The notes under the pieces are model-generated. The model was not told the origin of the DNA. It worked only from the letters and a program-made list of their open reading frames with translations, and made no database searches. A stretch of DNA of 64,000 nt from Eledone cirrhosa (Eukaryota), in contig OZ024742.1 in NCBI GenBank assembly GCA_964016885.1, positions 49,910,001 to 49,974,000 of the forward strand, in the 5' to 3' direction. Each line of letters begins with the position of its first letter. The stretch's first letter is position 1. A program made the position numbers and the translations under genes. This document shows, one piece after another, positions 40,031-53,450 of the stretch.

Positions 40031-40749
40031 GAGCATTCCACTATATCTATTTCTCTCTATCACGTGCTCTCACTCCCACACCCCCTTTTATCTCCCTCAC
40101 CTCTTTTTCTCTGGAAGAAATCGGCTGTGTTCCAGCCTGGAGAAGAGGACGAGTTTCGCCAGTTTCAAAATGTCTATAAAACGCCGTATGTCACTACCAA
40201 GAGTTACGGGTCCATAGATAGGTACAGTATGCCTAGATTCAGTGTTTGTTCCTTTATCATTATTTAATTAATCTCTAACAAATTATGCTGTATGATTCTT
40301 AATATTTAGCTATATTATGCTGTCATAGATTATTTTAATTATACTCACTCATTATTTATTGCAATCATCTTGATAATTCTTTTTATATTTCTAAATAAAA
40401 AAGCATTCTTGAGGAAAATATGCGGCATACAAACATCTAGGAACATATAAGATTACGGTCCGGCTTCTGGAAAGTCCCTTATATACAAGTATTTGAAAAA
40501 ATATAAAATACAGCATATTTATTTTAAGGTTTCGAGTAAAGATTAAAGCATCGTGACGTTTACATAATAAAGATACATGCAACTTAGTGAGAGTCAAACT
40601 CATAACAAAAAAGTGTCTGCTTTTTACTTCATTAAATAATAAATAAAATTTTATGTTAGCATAAAAAAGATAAAATCAATCGGTGGGATTCACTTAATTT
40701 CAATGTATGTGTCACAATAAGAAAAATCGAATGACTAGAATGGTGTGCA

Positions 40750-40950
<201 letters not shown>

Positions 40951-41434
40951 GAAAGCTCTGGGCCTTTGACATATTAATTCTACGCTCTAATCAATTGATC
41001 TAAGCAGTTTTCCTTGTCTTAACTTTAGAAATTAAACGTTGACGGGACACAAGCACACAGTCAAACATTTAGAAATATATAATTGCTATTCATAGGTATT
41101 TTTTCCTCCCTAAAATTATTTCTTAAAGAAATGATATTTGAATATTTGAATGAAATATGAGACACATTATACGTCTGGTTTTACACCAACAGACAAGTCC
41201 CGGATTTAAAAAAAAATGAATAACTAACTCCTTAGGGATTATCAATTTTCGTATTCTCAAAATTCAATCTAAACATAATTATTTAGTTATTTTTCGTAAT
41301 TTATTTCCTGCATTTCTTTTCCTTCTAATTCCCGGCATGTAATAGATAGAACTTCCTGATGACATATTTATTCTCACGGTGATTCCCGTTACCACACCAT
41401 TTGTATGACACCTAATTTTTACTCAGTTTTGAAT

Positions 41435-41740
41435 TTTTTTATTCATTTACTTTTACAATCAGTTGACTGCGGCTATGTTGGGTCACCACCATGAATTAGT
41501 CGATCATATTGATACAGTTTTTTTTTCAAGTCTGGTATTTTATCGAATTATTTTTTCAAAACTCTAATTTACGGGACACGCACGCATGCGACTTTCTTCT
41601 GTAGTTTCCATCAACCAAATTCCTCTCAAGTTAATGTTCATGAACCTATAGTAGCCACGAGCACAAAATGCCACGCGGTGGAACTGAACCCAGAACCAAT
41701 TGGATGCGAAGTGGACTCCTTAACTATTCTTCCATGCCCG
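41435..41740 (-). mobile_element. second tRNA-derived SINE family (related fragment at ~43960-44110)
   Basis: ttgactgcggctatg...agtttccatcaaccaaat...gccacgcggtggaactgaaccc (reverse B-box). Confidence 0.65.
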
Positions 41741-42604
41741 TGTCTTCCAAATGAAAACTAACACTTTAATATGTAACAATAGTTCTGCTCTTAGTAGCAA
41801 CTGGTAATTTACTTAATTATCGGAAACCGTTTTCTATAAGAAGTTGTTTTGTATAACACATATATAGCTGTTTGTATACATATATATATATAGACTTATA
41901 TTCATATTGCATACAGACACACACGTGGGAATGGGTGGGTGAAAGGTATGGAGTAAATACTCCATCGATGATATTCGTCAGTATTATACTAAAAGTAACA
42001 AAAACATATTTCTGATATTTGTTATTTTATATGCCGTGAGACAAATCTTTACTCTGCATTTCTATATTCCATAACTGAGAAAAGACTTCTGTTCTGCAAC
42101 GTTATCTAATCAGAATAAATGTTGCAAATACGTATATTGAAAAGAACCACGGCGTCCTAAATGTTAAGCTTTCACGTTTTGTTCCGGTTTAAACACTTTA
42201 CTGAGTTATCAATGGAATCTTTAAGAAATACTCATATTTTCTTCATTTCTATGCACTTTCCGTTTCCACACCAACGAACATTCAAGTTTTATAGAGAAAT
42301 CCATTTACAATATAAAAAGAACGTCCATTTTCAGACTGAAATCGAAGAAAAGAGTAGGTTGGGAAGGGTTATATTATGGCATCAAGGAAATAAAAGGAAT
42401 ATAGCGTCTTCATGGCCAGTCGCCAATTGTGTTGAGAGAATTTACCTGACATTTTTACTAATCGTAGCTTAGCAACAGTTTCTTTTGACACCCAATCAAC
42501 TTCTAGCATGTGGGTTATGTCGAAGTATGAGATTGTGGTAACCACACTAACAGGCTACGAAGAAGGAAGGGAGTTTGATGACAAAACGCTTCTTATGAAG
42601 AAAA

Positions 42605-42800
42605 CATTTTCTAATATTGGCGTAAGGCCAGCAATTTGGGAGAAGGGAAATGTCGATTATATCGACCTGTGCATCTAACTAGTACTTTATTTTATCCACC
42701 GCCGAAGTAGGAAAGGGAAAGTTGTCCTTGGCAGGATTTGAATTAAGAACTTATTCATGACTAAATGCTGCAATGCATTTTGTCAGACACTCTACCAACA
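42605..42800 (-). mobile_element. Deu/Nin-type SINE
   Basis: aaggccagcaattt...agtactttattttatc...ggatttgaa...ctgccactcc. Confidence 0.75.
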
Positions 42801-44399
42801 CTGCCACTCCATCACCCTCCTTATGCAAAAAATATATGTTATGATTGATGTATTTCAAATTAAATGTCTATAGGTTCACATCTTAGAAAGTGCTATCGAA
42901 GTTAGTGTTTCTGTTTAGCACCAAGTAAACCCTATTCGAAAAGAATATGGATAGAAGCCGTTTCATCCGTGACCATCTCGTCTTATTTTTTGACCCATAT
43001 CATGTATTTATTATATCACTGCATCCTCTAATGCCTCTGTAACAGGTATGAAAACAACACAAAAGGTTTCTGTAGTAGAGAAACAGCTGGTCATTCCATA
43101 AATTAATTAGAGAAATATAAGATTTGCGACAATATTCAAACAAAAAAAAAAAATGAAAATTACTGAAAGGTTATGATAATTATACACCATCAAAATTCGA
43201 CGGAATCAATTCAAACTAATGATTACACGTCACAGATCGCTTTAATGAAGTTGAAAACATGGAACTGAAACAATCTGAATCTTATTATAATGGAATCTAG
43301 ATGAGGTGAACGAGTCTGGAAGGTGATATAAACCAAATGACGCTATGTAATTTTCCTAGAATCATATATCGCATTAAAACATCTTCAATCAAGTGATCCG
43401 GCAATTTGTGTTGAATACATTGAACAGCTGAAAATGATTTCTAAACATCAGATAATTGAGAACATAGAAACAAAGAATAAAATAAAGTCTGTGATTTTGG
43501 TGTGGCTAACTACGTCATATATTTATAGAAAGAAGTAGTGATATGGTTCTAAAGGTCAATGTCGGGGATAAAATCATCAACATCGAAATATCTTGTGTTT
43601 TTTATGGAAAATAATAAGTAAAAAAAGAATCACTTTCAGGTGTTATTCAAATTTATATAAAAGCCAAGGCAATTAAAGAAACTGAAAAATATAGATTCCG
43701 CAAGTTATTTATGAAATTGGCATACAACTTACTGCAATGTTCAATGTAAAACTCACTATGTTAACGTTAATATTCATGGAATTAAATGGAACTCCGTCAG
43801 TTTCGACGATAAATTTTCCAGTCGTTCGCTCAAAGGAATAACTTACTCATGAAATTAATGTCTAATTGGCTGAGCTTTCCACAGACTTGTAACTTATCCT
43901 AATTCTCGGTAATTTAGAGAGACAGTGTATGACAAGTCTGGCTTTTCGAATTATAGCTAATGTCCATCTGACAAGCTTCCTAACAAGTTCCATCTACCTA
44001 TTGTCACCTCGAAACCAAAAGTCGACCTTAATCTTGCTCAAGATCCCAAGCTGTGGGATCGAACTTGGGACCTAATGATTGTGAAGCGAACTTCAAAGAT
44101 ATTAGACGATACTGGGTCTACAGTGTTAATATTTTAGTTGAAACCTTCAGCCAGTTAACTGTAAACCCAACGACTTATGAATTGACTTAAATAAACCAAA
44201 ATTAAGATAGTGAAATTTCAAATTAAACATTTTGATGGATGATTCATTGAAGTTTTTGTGGAACTTTGACGCTCTAATGGTAACTGATAAGAGAAAAGAA
44301 GTTGTCATCGTTGCGGAATGTGAAAAATCCCCTGCTTGATGTGACTGTGATAAATGTTGATAGTTTTACATTAATTCATGAAATTGACTCTCTCAGACA

Positions 44400-45480
44400 G
44401 TTTGGGAGATTTAGAGCTGTTAAAGATACCATTTTCCATGAAAGAAATATCTGATCATGATATTGTAAAGCCATTACCAGTGCACATTGAAGCATTAGTC
44501 AAAGCAAAGCCTATGCAAATAATTAACGAAGGCATTTTTAGAGAAAGTTCTTCTGAGTAGTAGTAAATGGACCATTTCTTTAGTGGTTATGTGAAGGCGG
44601 ATAATCGCAGGATCGCAGGATATATGGCAACCAAAACGCAGGTGTAAATAAAAGAATTTACTAAGATTCCTATTCAATTCCAAAAACACGGAAGCGATAT
44701 TTCATTTTCATTCCGGCATGAATTGGATTCAAAGGTGGGGTGGGTTATAATTCATCAGATAGAAATATGTTTCGAAGTAAGAGTTGTTACTACGATGAAT
44801 ACAATGATGGGACCTTTATATGTATATGTCTTCAATGTAGAGTTAAAGCAACCGTTACTGTATTTCAGAGAAGCAATTGAACATGTTGCAAGAAACTGTA
44901 TTGGCAATGTTGTTATTTAACTGTTAAATGTATAAATCAAGGTATATGTAATAGTTGGATGTTTTTACCATTTGTTGTGGGAGTTAAAGGCAGTACCCAT
45001 GACAAATTTCAGCATCTCCTTGACTGGAAAGAGGAGGGTGCCTTCAGGCGGGAGAACTGACTTTAATGAGTGCAACCGAATTGGCACCACAGAAGAAACC
45101 CAATTGCTAGACAATTGTTTCAAATTGAGCATCCCATTATATGAACCTCTCATCAGACCTGCTGATCAATTAAACTAAATTTGTGATAAAGGCTGACGAA
45201 TTATCAATTTAGTTTTTTCTAGAAGAATTGCAAATGTAAACAAAGAAAGAATAAGAGACGATTAGAATCTTTTTGTCAATTTTTATGCCAGGTACATTGA
45301 TTATTACTCAAACTGCATAGTTGCCCCTTGGAATACCTTGTAAACTTGTTTAACAGAAATGGCATTTGAGTGAATTAAAGTGATGTTAGTATCAGACAAG
45401 TGGTCCAGATATACCATAAAGTAGGTTACCTTAACTGATAAAAGCAAAAGGCCTATACCATGAAAAACCTTCGTACGATA
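44400..45480 (+). mobile_element. degenerate Ty3/Gypsy-like pol remnant (RT into RNase H linker)
   Basis: PLPVHIEALVK...INEGIFRESSS, IHQIE....RVVTTMNTMMG-LY..., then AFE*IK.ML, in Gypsy RT order. Confidence 0.55.
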
Positions 45481-45724
45481 GCTCACCTGAAGAATAATTT
45501 TCAAAAGTATCAGTCACGACTGAAACAACACACTCAAATTATGAAATGGAATATTTGGCTTAGATTATGGGGAAGTGGAAGAGCAAACCATGGCTAAAAG
45601 AATGGCTAAAAAAAAATGTGATTTACCAAAAGTCGTATTAGGCGGGTCTTTTAAATGAGAGCCTTTGAATATATATTCTAAAATGATTTTAAATACAAAA
45701 TTCTCTTAAATGCAACTTATTAAC

Positions 45725-46115
45725 TATTGTTTCTACTTTTGGCACAAGGCCAGCAATTATTCCAGTGCATTACTGGTACTTTATTTTATCGACTCCGTGA
45801 AGATGATAAGCAAAGTTAACCTCGGCGGAATTTGAAATCAGATCACAAAGGGCCATAACTCTATGCTCCAAACCATGACGTCCGATCCTCTACCTATACT
45901 GCCAATTCAATGCAACTTATTAATAATTGTTTCTATTATTGGCACAAGGCCACCAATTATCCAGTGTATTACTGGTACTTTATTTTATCGACCCCGTAAG
46001 GATGAAAGGCAAAGTTAACCTCGGCGGGATTTGAACTCAGAATGGCAAGGGCCGTAACTCTATGCATCAAAGCATGGCGTCCGACCGTCTACCGATACTG
46101 CCAATCCACTGCCCT
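45725..46115 (-). mobile_element. head-to-tail dimer of a Deu/Nin-type SINE
   Basis: two ~200-bp units; tgcaacttattaa at 45711, 45911 and ~46116. Confidence 0.85.
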
Positions 46116-46244
46116 TGCAACTTATTAATAATGATGGTGTGATGGATGTTGTCAAATTAGAGGTCTTGTGCATGAATTAGAAATCATTAACGTTGTTATT
46201 GGTTCTCCTATATTTAAAGCTTTATATAGTAATGGTTGTTGTTA

Positions 46245-46460
46245 AGGTGGATGGATTCGTAAAATCGTTTGACATCGGATGAAATGCTTTGTTATATTTA
46301 TTTTGGTTCTTTACATTCTGAGATTAAATACTGCATAGGTTACCTTCGTCTTTCATAATTCCATTCTGGAGTCGATGATAAAAAGTCGAACACTGAGCTT
46401 GACTAATCGATTCTCTACTCCGGCCAAATTGCTGGATTTATGCCCCAAATAGAAACTATT
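46245..46460 (+). mobile_element. Deu/Nin-type SINE, older copy
   Basis: aaggtggatggattcgtaaaatcg head, attgctgga...tgcccc tail. Confidence 0.6.
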
Positions 46461-46931
46461 GCTGATGATGCTTGCTGTTGATATTTACCTACATATCAAC
46501 CCTGATCTAGCAGATATATGATGATATATTCCAGACATGACCATCCCGTGTTTTGAGGAATATCAAGGAGATTATGTCCTTGGTATTAGTGGAGTTTCAA
46601 GCTAACAATCCTTGTCTATGTTAACGTTTCTCATGTTGAAGCCGAGATGGTGAATAATGATAGTTTTAACTGATATTTTTAAATTAGAGGCAGCTAATTA
46701 TGTTGTTGTCTTTGCTGATGTTGTTAGTTAGCTTATGGTGAAGTTTATTCTAGTACCGGAAATAATTGGTAAAATTGTCTGGTAAAGAAAGAGGGTGAGA
46801 TTTGGGAGTAATGATAATTAGAGAGAAAGACAAAGATATTGAGTGATGGAAAGAGTGTGTGCGTGGTTGATATTTGTATCGGTAAACATAAACATAAATA
46901 CACATACATACACATATATATGTGCATACAT

Positions 46932-46992
<61 letters not shown>

Positions 46993-47234
46993 AGAGGGGG
47001 GCAGTGAACACAAGGATAGGCTTTGAAAAATACAATTTTCTCTTTTCTAAACAAAAAGAAAGGCGCTGATGTTTTAGCAGCGTTGGGGGACTCTTTTGTC
47101 CCGAATTATCTATTATCATAACGCCTGTGTAAAATGATGAGAAAATAATTGCAGCAAATCTGTGGCACCAATAAAACTGGTCGTTAAGTTAGATGTAATT
47201 TCAGTACATTAAATTGGAGGAGTTATACAAATAT

Positions 47235-47307
<73 letters not shown>

Positions 47308-47443
47308 ATGCGCGCGCGTGACTCTGTGTGTGTGTATGTGTGTGCGCGCGCGCGCGTGTGTGTCTGCGTTTGTGTATGTGTGTCTGTGTCTGTATGTGTG
47401 TCTGTGTGCGTGTGTGTATATATAAGAATATATGTAGAGAGAA

Positions 47444-47962
47444 AGAATCATATATCGTTTGAAAAACACATAGTATTTTGTACACGCATATATATATATA
47501 TATATGAAACAAATATTCAGGAAAATATCCATACATTAAGATGGCAGACACGTCATTTCTTTCCTTAAAATGCTGCTTCATAGCCCAACAGAACGAACCA
47601 AAACCATCGACCTAAAAACGTATTTGACACCACGTGGAGTAGATATTTAAAGCAAAGTCCCAGCTCTCAACAGATATAAAGGTATTTTTTACTGTGTGGG
47701 ACATATTAAGTCAATTTTTCTGATAATTAGACTTGTCTTTCGTTTCCATACCAAAATTGGAAGTTGTTAATCTATAATTGATTACTCAGATCGATGGTTT
47801 TGCTTCGTTCTTTTCGTCTAGGACATAGCGCTGTAACGAAAGAAATGACTTTTTTATCATCTTAATGTATATATATATATATTTCCTGAATATTATTTGC
47901 TCTTTCATTCTATGTATACATATGTACAAAATACTACGTGTTTCTCAAATAATAGGTTCTTT
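47444..47962. mobile_element. MITE-like element with ~165-bp diverged inverted arms
   Basis: tagtattttgtaca/tgtacaaaatacta, tattcaggaaa/tttcctgaata, aaaaccatcga/tcgatggtttt pair in nested order. Confidence 0.65.
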
Positions 47963-48074
47963 AGGTAGTCTGAAGTTGCAGATAACTAGAAGATCAGTTG
48001 AGAGCTCAGCTCTTCTCTTAACACAAACATCCAGCACGATCAAAGAGATCAGAGACAAGAAAATGAATTATTGA

Positions 48075-48770
48075 TCTCTATCCGTGATTCCCCTTATACC
48101 ATGTATATTTATGTTTGTCTCTGTACTGGAAGATGTTTATAATAGTGAGTTCATTGTTAGAACAGATGTCTAGTAAGACCTGTCCATTTGTAATTGGATC
48201 GGGGTCACCATTCCTTCCAATCACTCGTTTCCCTGTCAGCTGGTCTGTGACAACATGTGCATTGAAGTCTCCCATCAGGATATATGACTCAGTCTTAACT
48301 ACAAATAACGCTGCAGTGACGTCATCGTGGAAGTACCTGTATTCGGACTCATTGTTCGGGGCATAAAATTGCACCACCCATAAAGATCTATGTTTCAGCC
48401 TAAGCTTCACGAGGCAAAACCTCCCTCCATAACACATTCTGTCAGCCGAGAGCTTGTCAGTCAGTTCTGGCGCCAAACCTAAATAGTAGAATTTCATCCT
48501 GCATCCAAATCTACAGTTTCAGAGCCATGAAACTTTGCTGAGTAAACCCCGATATATCTAGCCGGTAGCATTAGTATCATCCAATTGTTTTTGCTCCTTA
48601 CCTGTAAGGGTTGCAATGTTCCAAGTTCCAACTGTCAAGGTTTGCTCCCTTATGGACCCACTTAGTGGTCTTGGCATACGTAACCTTTGTGCGTCTAACC
48701 CACTCCTTCCATGACAGGTTACAGGCTCATTGGCAGTTTTTGTGGCATTACATGTAGATTGCAATATATT
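48075..48770 (-). mobile_element. RTE-like LINE 5' fragment encoding AP-endonuclease (GC-richer 5' leader probably extends to ~49270)
   Basis: LTVGTWNIATL, VQFYAPN, ILMGDFNAHV, NGQVLLDIC..NEL, KYTWY. Confidence 0.85.
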
Positions 48771-49559
48771 GTTTTAACAGGCGCCTCTCCCTAAAGCCTG
48801 AATGCCTCCCTTGATAACACACGTGGCGAAGGATGATGTGGTATGGTTCGTCTTTGGTTTCCTCATCATATTGCAGTTTCAGCTTTAGTGGTCTTATTCG
48901 CGTTAGTCACCAGTCTGGTATTTTGTCAGATTAGACTTTTTTATCGGCGGTCTTTACTTGTCTCGTCGTAGCTACAGCACAGGGTTGTGATAGTCTTCTT
49001 GAGAGCTAGAGGTGTCACCCATTTCTCCATCTCCCCTAGTAGTTTAGCGCTGTTCGCCGGCAGTTGCCCGCTTATATCGCAACTAACCATCATATCTGGT
49101 GGCTGTATCTCTCTCCTCCACCTGCGACCAGTTCTCTAGTAGAACAGCTCTGTCAAGCATAGAGAATGTTTGCTGAAGGAAAACATTCCCACTCTTCTAC
49201 AGTACTGATGTAGTTCGGTGCGATATATACTGACTAGCCAAGGATAGTCACAGAAAGTGATATCCGGTGCTGCTGGTAATTTCATACACTATTATACTTT
49301 TAAACAAAACACCAATACCTTTTACTTTTATGACATGTATGTATACATAATATAGTCAACAAATTAAAAAAAACATGATCATCGGCCGTCGAAATGGCCG
49401 TACACAATTTTGACCCTACCTAAGCAACTGATGGTCGATCCAGTGTCACAGTCTCTGACAAAACAATAACAAAAGTGTAGGTGGTGTATCAACAAAACAA
49501 AGAGCAGGGCCTTAATTCTTTAAGTCTCTATCATTAGCTCACTTCTTTCATTGATGCAA

Positions 49560-50170
49560 ATATTCGTCGTGTATCATTATATCTAGGTAGTGAGAATGGT
49601 TGCCCCTACACCTGTGGAATGTCTAGGAAATCATTATAAACAGTGTCCCCATGACAACTCCCTGAGGGACCGTAGCTGTAATAACCTGTTTTATCTTTTA
49701 GGAAGCGATAGAGTCGCTCTACCAATATTCCAACGATTGCAAATCCCACAATATGTGACATATTCCATCATCAAGCTTATCGAATGCCTATGCAACGTCC
49801 ACATACATCACCTCCATATTTTCGCACGGTAGCAGCTGATTCACTCTCCTGTCATTATGCTTTAAATGTTGTGTAAGCAGCCTCGTCCCAGAAAAAGCCA
49901 CGCTTGGTGTCAGCTGGTCATTTCATCCCAGGAATATGATCAGTTTCTTTCTGGTAATTATTTCCGCGACTTTCCTGATATGTGAGGTTTTCAAGATAGG
50001 CATGCAAGTTTTATTATGTTTTGCCTTCTCCTTTATGGGTAGGGCATAAGTAATTTAAGGAAGATTCATCAGAACAATTTCTCCTACTAAACATTCATTA
50101 ACACGTTGGATGCATTATAATAAGCATGATTTCTTAATCCATTCCAATGGGGACTTCTCTCAAAACTAGC
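49560..50170 (-). mobile_element. degenerate CR1/Jockey-like RT remnant
   Basis: minus-strand PILKTSHIRKVAE, VMYVDVA*AFDKLD, VPQGVVMGTLF. Confidence 0.7.
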
Positions 50171-51494
50171 TAAACACACGTGGGAATTTTGCTTATTGAA
50201 AACCTACAGCAATGTTTAACTTATTCTTCAGATTTTTAGACGTCAAAAGTAAAATTCCGAAACACACACACACACACTTACAAACATACTATCGTACCAG
50301 GATGTACATATACAGATATATGCGCATAAGCATACACACATTAGCAGACACAAATTTCTACCACAAACTCTTGTTATAATTAATTCAGTTTCTCGTTTCT
50401 TCTCACTGTTCGAAACCAAACGGCACCTATACTATATTTGTCTGGTCTTCGGAGACAATCTAATTTGATCACTTCTGCACAATTAATCGTTAAAATCAAT
50501 TTGTTTTGATTAAACTTTCCCTATTTTTGTTTTGCTCTCAATTCAAATTTGTTAATTATTTTCAAGAACGATAAAATATAAGCAAGATGGGAATTTCCAA
50601 CGTAATTTCCAATTATAATTCTGGGGGTATTGGTGGGTATAGTTGCTGAGGTATGAGGGGTGAGATGGGTACAATAGGCGGAGAGACGGAGTGGAGGTGA
50701 TACAAGAGCAGCTGAGTGGACTGGAGCACCGTGAAGTAAAGTGTCCTGCTCAAAGACTCACAGAGCCGAATAACGTAACATTTGAATGTCATTTGTCTAT
50801 ATTCTCATCTGTGTCAGTTGAACGTAATACATATTACAACGTAAGTCGGATGCGTTGTCAATCACCAAAGCACTAGGATAACTCTACTGATTATAGGAAA
50901 TAACTGGACTGCTCAAGTTATCACGATGCGTACTCAAATATATCTCTCCAATCATAATCAGATAAGATTGCAGTTAAATGCTTAATATTTTGTATTGAAT
51001 ATGATACTCTATATCGTATGTTTAGTAAGTTAAGCAATGATTGTACTAAGTACAAATAACCTTAATGAGCTGGATTCGCCATATATATGCGTTGCGGTTT
51101 GTGATACATACATATATGTATTTGTAACACACAAGAAAATAACTAATCCGAAAGTATAGTAACTGCTTCTAAGCAAACACAATAACCACTTTCAGTCAAC
51201 ATTACCACCCGCCTGTAAACTCTGTATCATGTATTAATTTCTCCCTCCAGCTTTGAGATCTTTTTCACTGCTACAAGTGATTCAGTCCCCTTTCTTGACC
51301 TGTGTATCTCGTGATAATTTCTCCCTCCGCCTTTGAGATTTTCTCATTTGCTGAGAACTTGTCTGGAAAGCGTTCTCTCCCTGAGGAGTTCCTTGATAAG
51401 CTGGTGTGCCTCACAACGATATTGTACATCTATAATGTAAGATTGTTGCAAACTGACCAGCGAAACTGTACAGACAGGACTTTGAAGAAAAAAT

Positions 51495-51539
<45 letters not shown>

Positions 51540-51758
51540 GGTATAATTTCACCCAACTTGTAGAAATCTTATAATGAAACGAGTCGTCTGGGAAGTGATA
51601 TATTTGATATATCTCATATGAAATGATACAGCCAATTCTCCACACAATACAATATAGTTACCACCCGAACGTTTAATTAGGAATATACTCAGATATTTCC
51701 TAAAGTTTGTTGAGTGAGTTGGAATTTGGCCGGAGTATCGCTATTAGCTTTCTCCGTT

Positions 51759-51831
<73 letters not shown>

Positions 51832-52049
51832 GTAATAATTATTATATATATATATATATAGTAATAATAGTAAATTTGAAGACTCAAATCCAAAGAGGGC
51901 TCGATAAGGATAAATATATATCAAATATATAAGAACTGTAGACCAAATGTTTCAGAAGATCCCGTTAAGGGTGAAAGCACCGATTCTTTGCTTAAACTTT
52001 AATCTGTTATTTTAATATATATATATATATATCAGTGGCTGACTCATTT

Positions 52050-53450
52050 ACGGGGATACCAGGAATGCTCCTGTCCCTGGCGAGTTCCTCTATAGTGATC
52101 CCGTCTTAGAAAATTTTTAATAGACATCTTCGCTGAGAGAATTTATATATTTAACAATCTATTGATTGTATTTATTTGGTTTGCCATTTAGAGTGTGGTT
52201 ATGTACCGTTATATACGATGAAAGTTTATATAATTCCATTTGCTTTATAGCTTTTTATAAAGCTAGCCGCATCGCGTAAGTGACTTAACTGAACACATTA
52301 CATTTTATATGGCCTGTGCTTGAATTAAACAACAATCAGCTTTATGTAAATAAATAACAACATTTTTCTAGAAGGTGGGAATAGGCCGATTAATATAATA
52401 AACTACGAAAATTATGATAATATTAGTTGACATGTGTCATCAATATTAACGGCAATAACGTTGAAGATTTGGAGTCCAAGACTGGTATGTCAAAATCGAA
52501 AGGAACGATGAGCCGGCAATGACAAGAGTTTACAATAAGACTAGAGATTGTAGTTTTGAGGCAACTCTGAATCCATTTGCCTCCAGGTCTACACACATGT
52601 TCATGGATTATAACGTCTTTTCTAGTCAAATATTAAGGTATAGTAAAATTAGTAACTGTGTTAAGGTTTTATGGGGAAGGTTTGGAGTCTATTTCCGCAC
52701 ATGATTAAAAAAGGGTTTTATAAATTGTAGATAGGGCACTGTTATCATATCGTTGGCATGAATAAGTAGATTTTAAGGTCTGAGACTTTTTCAGGCTTGC
52801 AATTGAGTAGAAAATGGTTGAGTCATCAACAAGTGGGTGATAGTAGCTTCTGTAGGTTGTGGTATATAATATTGTGTTATTTTTTTAAATAAAACTTTTA
52901 TTATTATTACTTGTTTTATTTAGTAGCTTACAATTCGCCTGTGATTAGCGTTTGGCACATTTTCAGGTTGCTTTTCTTCTGAAAAACTAGGTTTAGATTG
53001 CTGAGATCGATTGAAGAACATACATGACTAATACTATGAGTGTAACGGCTGAGGAGAAAGTGGACGCGGTACCATAGAAACATGATTGGTGTGTGTAAAC
53101 TTTTAAGTGTTAGAGATGGAGATATATACAAACGCATGCAGTGTAGTATTATGATATTAATAACAATGTAATAACATACTGTCTAGCCAGTTGCTGAAGT
53201 TAAACAATATAATATTATGAGGAAGCTAATCATTTAATGATTTATTGTTTTCATATAGTCGTATAAGGTATGTTACGTGCAGGTGCCAAGAAACGAGACG
53301 TATGTAAAGTGGTTGATATAGTATCGCACAATACTAACGTGTGAAATGTGTTCTGAATTGTGTATCGTAAATATTATTAGGAGTTTCTCGATGTGGTCAT
53401 ATTCTAAAAGCCCCTGATGGATGTACAACATGAAGAGAGCGAATCATATG
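52050..53450 (+). mobile_element. very degenerate PLE-like RT remnant
   Basis: TRVYNKTRDCSF...P...YNVFSSQILRYSKIS resembles the PLE thumb motif YDKRDDF..FP..YGV..SQL.RY; possible GIP.G..AP motif near 52052. Confidence 0.4.

Noticed and set aside
40095-40200. Possible mini-exon (KSAVFQPGEEDEFRQFQNVYKTP) or minus-strand gaaactcgtc hammerhead half
   Set aside because: Weak acceptor and donor; no CUGANGA partner upstream
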